A stretch of 64,000 nucleotides of DNA from Bacillota bacterium (GTDB lineage: Bacteria; Bacillota; DTU025), in contig JBMNJT010000002.1 of NCBI GenBank assembly GCA_050951805.1, forward strand, positions 672,001 to 736,000. Reading direction: 5' to 3'. Below the pieces are notes generated by a model. That model was given only the letters and a program-made list of their open reading frames with translations, was not told the DNA's origin and searched no databases. Made by a program: the position numbers and the translations under genes. Below are positions 49,884 through 62,555 of this stretch, one piece after another. Each line of letters starts with the position of its first letter. Position 1 is the first letter of the stretch.

Positions 49884-52052
49884 CTGGATCTTGTAGAGGG
49901 AATCATCGACAGGGTGACCTTCCGCGACGAGGATACTCTTTATACTGTGGCCCGCATTAGCACGGATAGCGGAATCATGACGGCCGTCGGTCCATTCAGC
50001 TCAGCCACGCCTGGCCAAGCTGTGAAGTTGACTGGAGACTGGGTTGTTCACAGGTCATATGGGCGCCAGTTCCGAGTCGCGAAGATGGAAGTAGTTGCGC
50101 CGGCTACTGTTGAGGGGATAGAGAAATATCTTGGCTCCGGGTTGATCCCCGGCATAGGACCTGTAACCGCGAAGAGAATCGTAGAGCATTTTGCCATGGA
50201 GACGTTAGAAGTCATCCAGTCCTGTCCTGACGCCCTGTTGAAAGTGCCGGGTATTGGCCCGAAACGTGCAGCGCAGATTGTGAAAGCCGTGGAAGAGCAT
50301 AAGTCTATTGAGAAAGTGATGGTCTTCCTACAGTCGCACGGGGTGAGCCCCACGTATGCTGCGAAGATTTACAAGCGTTACGGAGACGATGCTGTAGCGA
50401 TTGTTAGCAGAAACCCTTATCAACTTGCCGATGACATTTACGGGATAGGTTTTAAGACCGCCGATAAGATAGCGAGGGAGGTCGGGGTCGACAAGGATTC
50501 ACCATACCGCGTCAACTCGGGAATCAAGTACTGGCTGGCCAAGGCGGCAGATGATGGCCATTGCTACTCGGTGGCGGAGGATGTTATACGTGAGGTCGCA
50601 GCCGAGCTGGACGTTTCGGAGGACTTGGTTAAGCAGGGCCTTGGGGCCCTGGAGGAATCGGGCGAGGTATTCTGCGAGCGCGAATCGTCGGTATGGCTGG
50701 GCCCATTCTATCATTCTGAGCGTGGTGTTGCGAAACGCCTTTGGGAACTGAATCATGGCAGGATGTGGCAGTTAGATGCGCTATCCGATGAAGAACTCGG
50801 TCGGGCTCAGGCTGAGGCGGGATTAACCCTTGGAGCACAGCAAAAGCAGGCAATAGTCCGGGCTTTTCAATGCGGAGTCATGGTTCTTACCGGGGGCCCT
50901 GGAACCGGAAAGACTACTACCCTAAAGCTGATGATTGACCTTTTCGAAGGTAGGGGACTCCGTGTGATGCTGGCGGCGCCTACTGGAAGGGCTGCGAAGA
51001 GGCTTTCGGAAGCGAGCGGGAGACAGGCGAAGACTATACATAGGCTTTTGGAGTTTGAACCCGGCGAGGAGGGATGGCGTTTTGCACGGGGGGTATCGAG
51101 CCCGCTCGAGTGTGATGTGCTGATTGTGGATGAAATGTCTATGGTGGATATTCTTCTCATGAACAACATGCTGAAGGCTGTTAAACCTGGAACTAGGCTG
51201 ATTCTCGTTGGCGATGTCGATCAGCTTCCATCTGTGGGCCCTGGAAACGTGTTGCGAGACATCATTGCCTCCGGCGTGGTGGAGGTCGTCGTCTTGGATG
51301 AGGTTTTCAGGCAAGCTCCAGGAAGCATGATCGTTTCAAATGCGCACCGAATAAACCGGGGCGAATTTCCCCACCTCAGAGGCGCACGGGACTTCTTCTT
51401 TGTGGACAAGGAAGATCCTGAAGAGGTGGCTCAGGCCGTCGTTGATACGGTTAAATCGAGGCTTCCCAGGTATCTCAAGTGTAACCCTGTTGATGACATT
51501 CAGGTCCTCTCGCCTATGCGGCGAAGCGTCACCGGCGTCGACAATCTAAATGTACTCCTGCGAGATGCTCTGAACCCTGCGAGGCAAGGGGTATCCGAGC
51601 TAAGATACGGGGCTACGGTTTTCAGGCGTGGTGACAAGGTAATGCAGATTCGCAACAACTATGAGCGAAGGGTGTATAACGGTGATATGGGCCGGATCGT
51701 GTGGATCGATCCGGAGGAAGGCGAGGTTGTAGTCAGATATCCTGAAGCTGAAGGCGACCGTAATGTCACGTATCTCCAAGATGACCTGGACGAACTAGTC
51801 CTTTCCTACTGCGTGTCAGTGCACAAGAGTCAGGGGAGCGAATACACGGCGGTGGTCATTCCTGTCACCACTCAGCACTACGTTATGCTGCAACGGAATC
51901 TCATCTATACTGCGGTCACCAGAGCGAAGGAAGCTGTGGTTATGATAGGAACCAAGAGGGCGCTTGCAATCGGCATAAAGAATGCATCCCTGCTAAAAAG
52001 AAGGACAATGCTGGCTGAGAGACTTAGAGATCTGGCAGAGTCTACAGTATGA
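49884..52052 (+). CDS. recD2: ATP-dependent RecD2-like helicase (probable CTG start)
   Basis: HhH repeats (GIGPVTA, GIGPKRA), GGPGTGKTT, VDEMSM, HKSQGSE. Confidence 0.93.
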   Translation: MDLVEGIIDRVTFRDEDTLYTVARISTDSGIMTAVGPFSSATPGQAVKLTGDWVVHRSYGRQFRVAKMEVVAPATVEGIEKYLGSGLIPGIGPVTAKRIVEHFAMETLEVIQSCPDALLKVPGIGPKRAAQIVKAVEEHKSIEKVMVFLQSHGVSPTYAAKIYKRYGDDAVAIVSRNPYQLADDIYGIGFKTADKIAREVGVDKDSPYRVNSGIKYWLAKAADDGHCYSVAEDVIREVAAELDVSEDLVKQGLGALEESGEVFCERESSVWLGPFYHSERGVAKRLWELNHGRMWQLDALSDEELGRAQAEAGLTLGAQQKQAIVRAFQCGVMVLTGGPGTGKTTTLKLMIDLFEGRGLRVMLAAPTGRAAKRLSEASGRQAKTIHRLLEFEPGEEGWRFARGVSSPLECDVLIVDEMSMVDILLMNNMLKAVKPGTRLILVGDVDQLPSVGPGNVLRDIIASGVVEVVVLDEVFRQAPGSMIVSNAHRINRGEFPHLRGARDFFFVDKEDPEEVAQAVVDTVKSRLPRYLKCNPVDDIQVLSPMRRSVTGVDNLNVLLRDALNPARQGVSELRYGATVFRRGDKVMQIRNNYERRVYNGDMGRIVWIDPEEGEVVVRYPEAEGDRNVTYLQDDLDELVLSYCVSVHKSQGSEYTAVVIPVTTQHYVMLQRNLIYTAVTRAKEAVVMIGTKRALAIGIKNASLLKRRTMLAERLRDLAESTV

Positions 52053-52115
52053 GAAGGAGACATGCTAGCAACAGATGGTGTTAGCCAGGATGATTTTGCC
52101 GCTTAATGGAGGACA

Positions 52116-53948
52116 ATGGTGGCCTATGCAGAAGCTAAATGGCATCATGATCTCCAGAGGTGGGCCGACGCCATGTTCCATTCTTACCTGATATTCTCCG
52201 AGCCCAAGGTTTGGGCTGGATTCGGGCCTTCGCCCGAGTTCGAATGGATGTTCTTGAACACGCGATCCCCGACCGACCTAGTAGTTCTCACGCCTCCCCT
52301 GCCTGTAGCCATTGCAGAGCTTGTGGCGCGCGAGCTGAATGCATCGATTCCCATTGATGCCCCGCCCGAGCGGGCATTGAAACGTGGGCGCCGCATAGTC
52401 AAGTCTGTTCTATCAGCTGTCGGATACGGCGGTCGGTCTCGTCTTCCGCGGCCGATGCTCCTGTCGGCGTCTTCATTTGATTCGTCTGTTCATGGATTAG
52501 ACTTGCCGCCGTCTGATGTCTTGAAGGCATGCATAGACGAACTGGGAGGCCGTGCGCTTTTAGACGAGGAGGCCAAACGGGCTCTGGCTGATGCAGGTCT
52601 GTGCGGTCTGGACCGTGCGGACCATCTGCTGGGTGCCATGGTTTTGGACGGCAATGCCACAATCCTCCCAGGAGTGGGCATAACCAGCATCGGCGGCTTC
52701 AAATGCAACAGATGCGGTTCCAGAGGGCCCTTTCTTCAACTTCCATGTGCCAGATGCGGCAGAGACATTTGTGCAGTCTGTTCGGAGTGCAGGAATATGG
52801 GAATTGTTAGAGAGTGTACGCCTATCTATCTTGTCAACCCGCCTTACGTTGGCACCTCAATCATCGGGTCAGTTGCCGACAAGGCGAATATGGTAATGCC
52901 GCACGCGCTTACTCCTGCTCAGGTAGATGCTGCTCGGGCCCTTGTGGAATGGTACGAGACGGACGAATCCCTTGAGGCTATTGTGTGGGCAGTATGTGGC
53001 GCAGGAAAAACCGAAGTCTCGTACGGCCTAATCGCTGCTGCCCTGCAGGCAGGCAAGCGTGTGGCATACGCGGCGCCGCGCAGAGACGTAGTGGCAGAGC
53101 TGTCTCCGCGCATACAGTCGGCCTTTCCAGCGGCTCGGTGCGGCGTCTTCTATGGAGGCTCTTCAGAACGGTATTTCGGAGCCGACATAACTCTTCTCAC
53201 CACCCACCAGGCGATGCGATTTTACGGAGTTTTCGACCTAGTGATAATAGATGAAGCGGATGCGTTCCCATATTACGGCTCTGAAGCGCTTGCCGCTTCG
53301 GTCGACAGGTCATTGGCCTTTGGCGGACGTACGGTGGTGCTCACGGCCACGCCGTCTTTAGGGCACATAGCCAGAATAAAGGCGGGTACTCTGCCCTGTT
53401 TCAAGATATCGGCGCGTCATCATGGTCATCCTCTGCCAATGCCTGTGGTGATCGAGATGGGGGACAAGCCCCAGGAACCTGTCGTTGCCGAACTTGCTAC
53501 AGCTAGTCTCGAACGAGGATGCCCGGTCTTGGTTTTCGTTCCCACACGCCATCGTGCCCCAGAAGTGGCGGAATATCTATCTCAAACTGTGCCAGATGCG
53601 AGGACAAAGTGGGTCCATTCAGGCGATGCAATGCGCGACAGCAAAAGGAGAATGTTGGCAGAAGGTGAATGTGAAGTTCTGGTTAGCACATCGGTGATGG
53701 AAAGGGGCATTACAGTAGACGGGGTCGATGTAATAGTGGCTGACGCGGATTGGGAGACTGTCTTCGACTGCAGGGCGCTTGTGCAGATGGCTGGGCGGGT
53801 AGGGAGGACGGCATCGAATCCGACAGGGAGTGTGTGGTTCACGTGCTCAAGGGAGAACAGGCAGATTCAGGCTGCGCGGGAGATGATTGACGAAATGAAC
53901 CGGGATGCGGCGTCCCGGGGCTTCTTAAATGCTGGGAGTGAGGTATGA
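52116..53948 (+). CDS. comFA: ComFA-like DEAD/DEAH helicase with zinc finger
   Basis: CNRC/CARC/CSEC, WAVCGAGKTE, DEADAFPY, QMAGRVGR; upstream of comFC. Confidence 0.88.
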   Translation: MVAYAEAKWHHDLQRWADAMFHSYLIFSEPKVWAGFGPSPEFEWMFLNTRSPTDLVVLTPPLPVAIAELVARELNASIPIDAPPERALKRGRRIVKSVLSAVGYGGRSRLPRPMLLSASSFDSSVHGLDLPPSDVLKACIDELGGRALLDEEAKRALADAGLCGLDRADHLLGAMVLDGNATILPGVGITSIGGFKCNRCGSRGPFLQLPCARCGRDICAVCSECRNMGIVRECTPIYLVNPPYVGTSIIGSVADKANMVMPHALTPAQVDAARALVEWYETDESLEAIVWAVCGAGKTEVSYGLIAAALQAGKRVAYAAPRRDVVAELSPRIQSAFPAARCGVFYGGSSERYFGADITLLTTHQAMRFYGVFDLVIIDEADAFPYYGSEALAASVDRSLAFGGRTVVLTATPSLGHIARIKAGTLPCFKISARHHGHPLPMPVVIEMGDKPQEPVVAELATASLERGCPVLVFVPTRHRAPEVAEYLSQTVPDARTKWVHSGDAMRDSKRRMLAEGECEVLVSTSVMERGITVDGVDVIVADADWETVFDCRALVQMAGRVGRTASNPTGSVWFTCSRENRQIQAAREMIDEMNRDAASRGFLNAGSEV

Positions 53949-53951
53949 AGC

Positions 53952-54755
53952 ATGATTCAGCTGTCACGCTTTCGGGATTTTGTGGACACAGTGCTGTTCG
54001 GAAGGGAGCTTCGTTGCGCGTCTTGTGGGCGGATAGCTGATAGAAGTGGAATGTGCAGCCAGTGCAAGGAAAGGATCGCTTATGTCCTTCCCCCCATCTG
54101 TTCGCTATGTGGTACTCCCCTCAGGCTGCTGGGGCCAAAAACACGAGGCGAACCTGCTTCAAACCCGGAGAATCAGGTATGTTCGGGATGTGCGATGACT
54201 CGGCACTACTTCGAGCGCGCAAGGGCTGTTGCAGTATATAATGGCGCGGCGCGGGATCACATTCATGAGCTGAAATACAGGGCGCGAACGGAACTCGTTG
54301 CGCCGCTTGCCCGAATGATGGCGGAGGTGGCTATCGGCGACGGGATGGCCGGGGAATGCCAGTGTGTAGTTCCGGTTCCGCTTCACCCCGAGAAGGCGGC
54401 TAGGCGCGGTTTCAACCAGGCTCAGCTGCTTGCAGAAGATGTGGGACGGCTCTTGGGGATTCCGTTGGAGGCCAAAGCCCTCCAACGTCAGCGAAGCGCG
54501 GGCAGCCAGACATTTTTGGATAGGCGTGATCGCCGAGCAAACGTGATACAGGCTTTCTTGTGCCCTTTTCCAGCTCTCGTTTCCCAACGCAATGTGCTTC
54601 TCGTAGATGACGTTCTGACTTCTGGCGCCACTGCTGACGGGTGTTCCAGGGCTCTCCTGATGGCCGGGGCGGCGAAAGTATACGTTCTGACATTTGGCGT
54701 GTCAGTGGCGGATGAGAGGGATTGGTTTGAGGCTCCGGGAAGCAGCCGAGCATGA
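53952..54755 (+). CDS. comFC: ComFC family protein (double zinc ribbon plus PRTase)
   Basis: CxxC pairs, VPVPLH..RRGFNQA, LLVDDVLTSGAT. Confidence 0.92.
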   Translation: MIQLSRFRDFVDTVLFGRELRCASCGRIADRSGMCSQCKERIAYVLPPICSLCGTPLRLLGPKTRGEPASNPENQVCSGCAMTRHYFERARAVAVYNGAARDHIHELKYRARTELVAPLARMMAEVAIGDGMAGECQCVVPVPLHPEKAARRGFNQAQLLAEDVGRLLGIPLEAKALQRQRSAGSQTFLDRRDRRANVIQAFLCPFPALVSQRNVLLVDDVLTSGATADGCSRALLMAGAAKVYVLTFGVSVADERDWFEAPGSSRA

Positions 54756-54989
54756 GGGTTACAGGCCTTACTTTCGAGTCCCTCTTTGAGGGGCACGGAG
54801 ATTAGGTCTTAGCAGTTCATCATGTCGAAGCGCAACTCAGATCGGAAAATGAACTGTGGGCGGTATTCTCTTTCCAGTATCAGATGGCTCCTGTCAATGC
54901 GGCCTTTTGCGATCGGCCCGAGCCTGGAGATCATAGCTGGTCTATCAGCGGCTAGCGGTGGCCAGTACTGGTTTTGGTTAAGACATTGG

Positions 54990-55019
54990 TTGCGCACAGG
55001 ACTTCTCAGGATATATAAT
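54990..55019 (+). promoter_or_regulatory. SigA promoter for the P-type ATPase leader
   Basis: TTGCGC-N18-TATAAT about 210 nt upstream of the start codon. Confidence 0.55.
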
Positions 55020-55108
55020 TAACTCCAAATCCAGCCGTGAGCGCGCGTATGGCGCGCAGATTGCTTTTGAACGCAGGCATCATCATGGTATTGGCAATTT
55101 CGGCATGA

Positions 55109-55195
55109 GGGTTTGTTGATCCAGTCAGGATGAGCGAGCCCGTCAACTCCGTTGCCATCAGTTTTTCTCAAGAGACGGTTGGCGCGGTGGCGGGC
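55109..55195 (+). ncRNA. Riboswitch-like leader with two overlapping alternative hairpins
   Basis: Hairpin 1 (GGGTTTGTT..ATCC-AGTCA-GGAT..AGCGAGCCC) shares GCCC with hairpin 2 (GCCCGTCA...TGGCGGGC). Confidence 0.5.
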
Positions 55196-55233
55196 ATAAT
55201 GTTATCTATAGACATGGTTATATGGAGGTATGA

Positions 55234-58017
55234 TTGTTGACACCGGATACGGCAAAACCGTGGCACGCAGTTGTTTATGGGGAAGCTCTCGTAGAACTAA
55301 GAACCTCGCGGCAAAGTGGGCTTTCGGATGAGGAGGTTAGGGCCAGGCTTGAAGAGTATGGCCCAAACATGTTGGCAGAGCCGCCGCGACGGACGATTTT
55401 CCAACAGTTCTTGGCGCAGTTCAAAGATTTCTTGGTGATTCTTCTCCTAATATCGGCTGGTGTGTCCGGAGTTGTGGGCGAAGTCGAGGATGCTTTAGTT
55501 ATCATTGCAATAGCCATAGTAAACGCCGTCATCGGGGTAATTCAGGAACAACGAGCGGAGAATGCGCTTGAAGCGCTGAAAAAGATGGCATCACCTAAGG
55601 CCAGAGTCATTAGGTCAGGTGAGCCGAGGGTTATTGACGCGTCGACTCTGGTTCCGGGCGACATAATCCTTATCGAGGCTGGTGACAGCGTTCCTGCAGA
55701 CGCGAGGCTCATCGAGTCCGGCATGTTGAAGGTGGATGAGTCGTCGCTTACGGGGGAGTCGGAACCTGTTGAGCTTTGTGCATCGGCGGTGTTGGGCGAA
55801 GATGCTCCGCTAGGCGACAGGGTGAACATGGTTTACATGGGCAGTTCTGTGTCGTACGGAAGAGGCGTTGCAGTCGTAGTGTCCACTGGAATGTCTACTG
55901 AGATGGGGAAGATCGCTGCCCTTCTGCAGGAAGGCAAGGACGAGCCCACCCCTCTCCAAGTCAAACTTGAAGCGGTTGGGAAGAAGCTGGGAATCGCAGC
56001 TGTTCTGTTGTGCGTTGGGGTTTTTGCCGCTGGTGTTTTCCGAGGAGAGGCCGCTTTCGAAATGTTTCTGACAGCAGTGAGCCTGGCAGTTGCTGCCATA
56101 CCTGAGGGCCTTCCTGCTATAGTAACAATAGTGCTTTCCATAGGAGTTCAAAGAATGGCGGCTAAGAACGCAATTATAAGACATCTTCCTGCAGTAGAGA
56201 CATTGGGAAGCGCCGATGTAATCTGCTCTGACAAGACGGGGACATTGACCACCAATCAGATGACGGTTAGGAGGGTCTACGTGCCCGGCAGGGTTCTGGA
56301 GGTCAGCGGGGATGGATATTCCGCTGAGGGAGCATTCATAGAATCAGGCACAGAGATAGATGTTTCTGAGGATCCCTCAATCACGCGGATGCTTGCGAGC
56401 GCGGTGTTGTGCAATGATGCTAGGGTGAGATCTGTCGAGATAGAAACTTTTGGGAGTGAGGAAAGTCTTGATGACTCGCCCGTTAGGCTGGAGATGATCG
56501 GCGATCCCACAGAGGGGGCGATAGTCGTTGCGGGCCTCAAAGCCGGAGTCGACAAAGTTAACCTGACCCAGTGGGCGCCTAGGATAGAGGAGCTGCCATT
56601 TGAATCTGAAAGGAAACGGATGACCACCATTCATCGACTTCCCGAAGCCTATCTCAGTTGTACTAAGGGTGCGCCTGATGAACTACTTAAAGTTTGCTCT
56701 TCAGTATATGATGGGACGGAGATAATCCCGCTTACTGAGGCTTTGCGTGAGGAGATCCGTAGAGTCAACGCCGAGATGGCCTCATCTGCCCTTCGGGTGT
56801 TAGCGGTGGCTCAAAGAGAATTCGACGAGCTGCCCCCAAAGATCAGCGTAGACACTATCGAGAATGGCCTCGTTTTTCTTGGCTTAATTGGCATGCAGGA
56901 TCCGCCTCGGGCTGAAGCAAAAACCGCTGTTCAAGAATGCTTTGATGCCGGGATAACGCCGGTCATGATCACCGGGGATCATAAGGTGACGGCAGTTGCG
57001 GTGGCAAGAGACGTGGGGATCATGACGCCTGACACAATCGCTATCACCGGCGCCGAGCTTTCGCAGATGTCTAATGAGGAATTAGACGATGCCGTAGACC
57101 GAGTCAGGGTTTACGCCAGGGTTGCGCCTGAACACAAGGTTCGCATTGTTGACGCATGGAAACGCAAGGGACATATCGTAGCGATGACCGGTGACGGAGT
57201 CAATGACGCTCCAGCCTTGAAACGTGCCGATATTGGCGTGGCTATGGGTATTACAGGCACAGATGTCGCAAAGAGCGCGGCTGACATGATAATCACAGAC
57301 GACAACTTCGCCACGATAGTGACTGCGGTTCGCGAGGGTCGGGTGGTCTTTGATAACATAAAAAAGTCGGTGCAGTATCTGGTATCGTGCAACGTGGGAG
57401 AGATTATAGTAATATTTGCAGCTATCATGCTCGGGCTTCCCAGGCCACTGTTGCCTATTCAGATACTCTGGCTCAACTTGGTGACAGACGGTCTGCCAGC
57501 GCTGGCTCTTGGAGTTGATCCTCCGGCTCCTGATTTGATGAGGAGAAAGCCTCGCAGAGGAAACGATGATGTTTTGGGGCATGCGGCCGTCAGCAGGCTA
57601 GTTGTGTATGGGATATCAGTAGCGTTGCTGGGCCTGTCGTCGTTTGCCATGGGGCTTGGATGGCCCGGACCGCTCGATACGTCTGCGGCAAGTCTCGCGG
57701 AGGCTCGGACTATGTGTCTTCTTACTATGAGTTTCTGTCAGCTAGTTCACGCCTTCAATTTCAGATCGGAGCTTGATTCGTTGTTCAAGGTGGGGATGTT
57801 TGCCAACAGACGGCTAGTCATGGCTTTTGTTGCATCAGCCATACTACAGTTGGCAGTCGTGTACATGACGCCCATCCGCGGCTTCTTTGATCTTGTGGAT
57901 GTGCACGGGGAAAAGCTCGTTAACTCTCTGGCATTGGCTTTGATCATGCTAGTAGTTGGGGAGGTTACCAAATTCGTTTCCCGAGAAGTGAGCTGGCGAC
58001 GCGGCCACGAGGCGTGA
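55234..58017 (+). CDS. Cation-transporting P-type ATPase (type II, Ca2+-ATPase-like)
   Basis: TGES, IPEGLP, DKTGTLT, TGDGVNDAPAL. Confidence 0.95.
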   Translation: MLTPDTAKPWHAVVYGEALVELRTSRQSGLSDEEVRARLEEYGPNMLAEPPRRTIFQQFLAQFKDFLVILLLISAGVSGVVGEVEDALVIIAIAIVNAVIGVIQEQRAENALEALKKMASPKARVIRSGEPRVIDASTLVPGDIILIEAGDSVPADARLIESGMLKVDESSLTGESEPVELCASAVLGEDAPLGDRVNMVYMGSSVSYGRGVAVVVSTGMSTEMGKIAALLQEGKDEPTPLQVKLEAVGKKLGIAAVLLCVGVFAAGVFRGEAAFEMFLTAVSLAVAAIPEGLPAIVTIVLSIGVQRMAAKNAIIRHLPAVETLGSADVICSDKTGTLTTNQMTVRRVYVPGRVLEVSGDGYSAEGAFIESGTEIDVSEDPSITRMLASAVLCNDARVRSVEIETFGSEESLDDSPVRLEMIGDPTEGAIVVAGLKAGVDKVNLTQWAPRIEELPFESERKRMTTIHRLPEAYLSCTKGAPDELLKVCSSVYDGTEIIPLTEALREEIRRVNAEMASSALRVLAVAQREFDELPPKISVDTIENGLVFLGLIGMQDPPRAEAKTAVQECFDAGITPVMITGDHKVTAVAVARDVGIMTPDTIAITGAELSQMSNEELDDAVDRVRVYARVAPEHKVRIVDAWKRKGHIVAMTGDGVNDAPALKRADIGVAMGITGTDVAKSAADMIITDDNFATIVTAVREGRVVFDNIKKSVQYLVSCNVGEIIVIFAAIMLGLPRPLLPIQILWLNLVTDGLPALALGVDPPAPDLMRRKPRRGNDDVLGHAAVSRLVVYGISVALLGLSSFAMGLGWPGPLDTSAASLAEARTMCLLTMSFCQLVHAFNFRSELDSLFKVGMFANRRLVMAFVASAILQLAVVYMTPIRGFFDLVDVHGEKLVNSLALALIMLVVGEVTKFVSREVSWRRGHEA

Positions 58018-58158
58018 GAGCTTCGAGTGCTGTCACGGCTGAACGTCTGCATTGGAAGGACACGCATTTTTCCGACTGCCGCAGGATTTTTCCCACAAAG
58101 GGTGAAGTACTGAAGCAGCCGATGTGCGCCACAACTAGTTCGGAAGGGGCTGGTATGA

Positions 58159-58704
58159 ATGGAGATCACAGTTGTAGGTCGCAATATTGCTGTCACAGAT
58201 GCTCTACGGGCCTATGCTGAGAAGAAGGTTGATAAGCTCCAGAAGTACTTCGAGCGCGAGATTGTGGATGCTCAGGTTACCATGGCAGTTGAACGAGGCA
58301 TTCACACAGCGGACGTAACGATTCAAGTCGATGGTCTGCTGCTCCGTGGTGAAGAACGAACCGGTGACATGTATGCATCGATTGATGGCGCTGTGGACAA
58401 GATTGAAAGGCAGATAAGAAAGCACAAGACTAGAATAAACAGGAAGCTAAGGCAGGATGGCAATAGGCTGGTGGAATCCGCTGTCGGTCATGGGGCTGCT
58501 GCGGATGCGTCTGAACCCTCCGAGCTCAAAGTAGTCAGGGTTAAGAGATTTGCGATGAAACCCATGTCGGTTGAAGAGGCCATTATGCAGATGGAACTCT
58601 TGGGGCACGACTTTTTCGTTTTCATGGATGACTCCACTGAAGATGTGAATGTGGTCTACAAGCGCAAAGACGGGAACTATGGTTTGATAGAACCCGAATT
58701 CTAA
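58159..58704 (+). CDS. hpf: Ribosome hibernation promoting factor (long form)
   Basis: DMYASID...ERQIRKHK; C-terminal KPMSVEEAIMQMELLGHDFFVF. Confidence 0.96.
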   Translation: MEITVVGRNIAVTDALRAYAEKKVDKLQKYFEREIVDAQVTMAVERGIHTADVTIQVDGLLLRGEERTGDMYASIDGAVDKIERQIRKHKTRINRKLRQDGNRLVESAVGHGAAADASEPSELKVVRVKRFAMKPMSVEEAIMQMELLGHDFFVFMDDSTEDVNVVYKRKDGNYGLIEPEF

Positions 58705-58796
58705 ACCGCGCGGGGATTCTGCGTAGCGGGGCGGTGCATATTGCATCGCCCCCGATATATTTGGAAGTCATTTGGCGTGTGACGGGGGTGGTCATC

Positions 58797-59933
58797 GTGG
58801 ACGGACTGGTGGCACTGGTTTTCGAAGGCGGGAGGCGGCAGGGCGAAATCAGCGGATGGGTTGAGCGGGTCAGAGAGGAGCTGGCGATATCTCTCTGCAG
58901 AAAATTGGCGTCGTCGGGGGTATTCGATGATGTCGTGTTGATAACTGACGGACCTGCGCTTGCCGACCGAGCTGGTGCTATCGACGGAGTATCTGTTGAG
59001 CTCGACCGTTGCTGTGACAACTACCATTTCGGAGCAAGGCTTGTGCAGGCGTTGCAGGCCCGGGCCGCCATGGGATTTGTCTACATGGGTGGAGGTTCGG
59101 GCTTCTTCATGACTGTCCCGGAAATTGTGAGCTTTGCGGAAATGGTCAAGAATAACCCTGAGGCCATTGTGGCCAACAACCTCTTCTCAGCCGACATGTT
59201 CGGAACCGCTAGTTCAGATGCTATTGCTCGCCTAAATCTTCCGTCGAATGACAATTCTGTGCCTATGATTGCCGGTGCCGCCGGAATGGATCTGGTGGCG
59301 TTGCCGCCTTCAGTCGGATCGGTTTTCGACGTGGACACGCCCTCGGATTTGCTGGTGTTAGCGTCGGTCATCCCTCAGCTTGCCCCCGAAGAGGCGGCTG
59401 TACTCGATGCAATACGCTCAGGCCCGATAGAGCCTGCCATGAGTCGTCTTGCCGAGGCCAGGGAGGTGTTAGGCAGAGATTTTGCCGAGGTTGGCCTCTT
59501 CGGACGAGTCTCCCCGGCTACGACAATGGACCTGAATACTTGCACCCGTTGCAGGCTGAGAGTGTTTTCTGAGGAGCGCAACATGAGAGCTCTTGGCCGG
59601 GACGTGCCTGGGGGCGCGCGGAGCCTCATCGGCAAGCACATAGAAGCAGTTGGACCGGAGGCTTTCTTCGCTGATCTTGCATGGTGCTGTGACGCAGCAT
59701 TCATCGATACGCGAGTTCTTTTCTTCCACATGCGGGCGGACTTGTCGCAGGAGGAGAGATTCGCGTCCGATCTTTTCCTCTATGATAGGTTGGCGGATAA
59801 TGGCGTTGCGCGGTTCGTGAAGGCGGCTGCTGAGGCCGGGCTGCCGGTGACACTTGGAGGCCACTCCCTTGTCTCTGGCGGAGTCAGACTGCTTGCTGCA
59901 GCAGAACATGGCGGGAGATGTGATGTGGTATAA
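58797..59933 (+). CDS. Hypothetical protein, CofC/nucleotidyltransferase (GT-A)-like N-terminal half
   Basis: FDVDTPSDL, GGGSG and NNLFSAD motifs. Start uncertain. Confidence 0.6.
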   Translation: MDGLVALVFEGGRRQGEISGWVERVREELAISLCRKLASSGVFDDVVLITDGPALADRAGAIDGVSVELDRCCDNYHFGARLVQALQARAAMGFVYMGGGSGFFMTVPEIVSFAEMVKNNPEAIVANNLFSADMFGTASSDAIARLNLPSNDNSVPMIAGAAGMDLVALPPSVGSVFDVDTPSDLLVLASVIPQLAPEEAAVLDAIRSGPIEPAMSRLAEAREVLGRDFAEVGLFGRVSPATTMDLNTCTRCRLRVFSEERNMRALGRDVPGGARSLIGKHIEAVGPEAFFADLAWCCDAAFIDTRVLFFHMRADLSQEERFASDLFLYDRLADNGVARFVKAAAEAGLPVTLGGHSLVSGGVRLLAAAEHGGRCDVV

Positions 59934-59971
59934 TTGCTTAGTCGGCAAAGACACAAGCGAGGTGGCCATGG

Positions 59972-62533
<2,562 letters not shown>

Positions 62534-62555
62534 ATCAGATAAGGGTGATGAGTAT

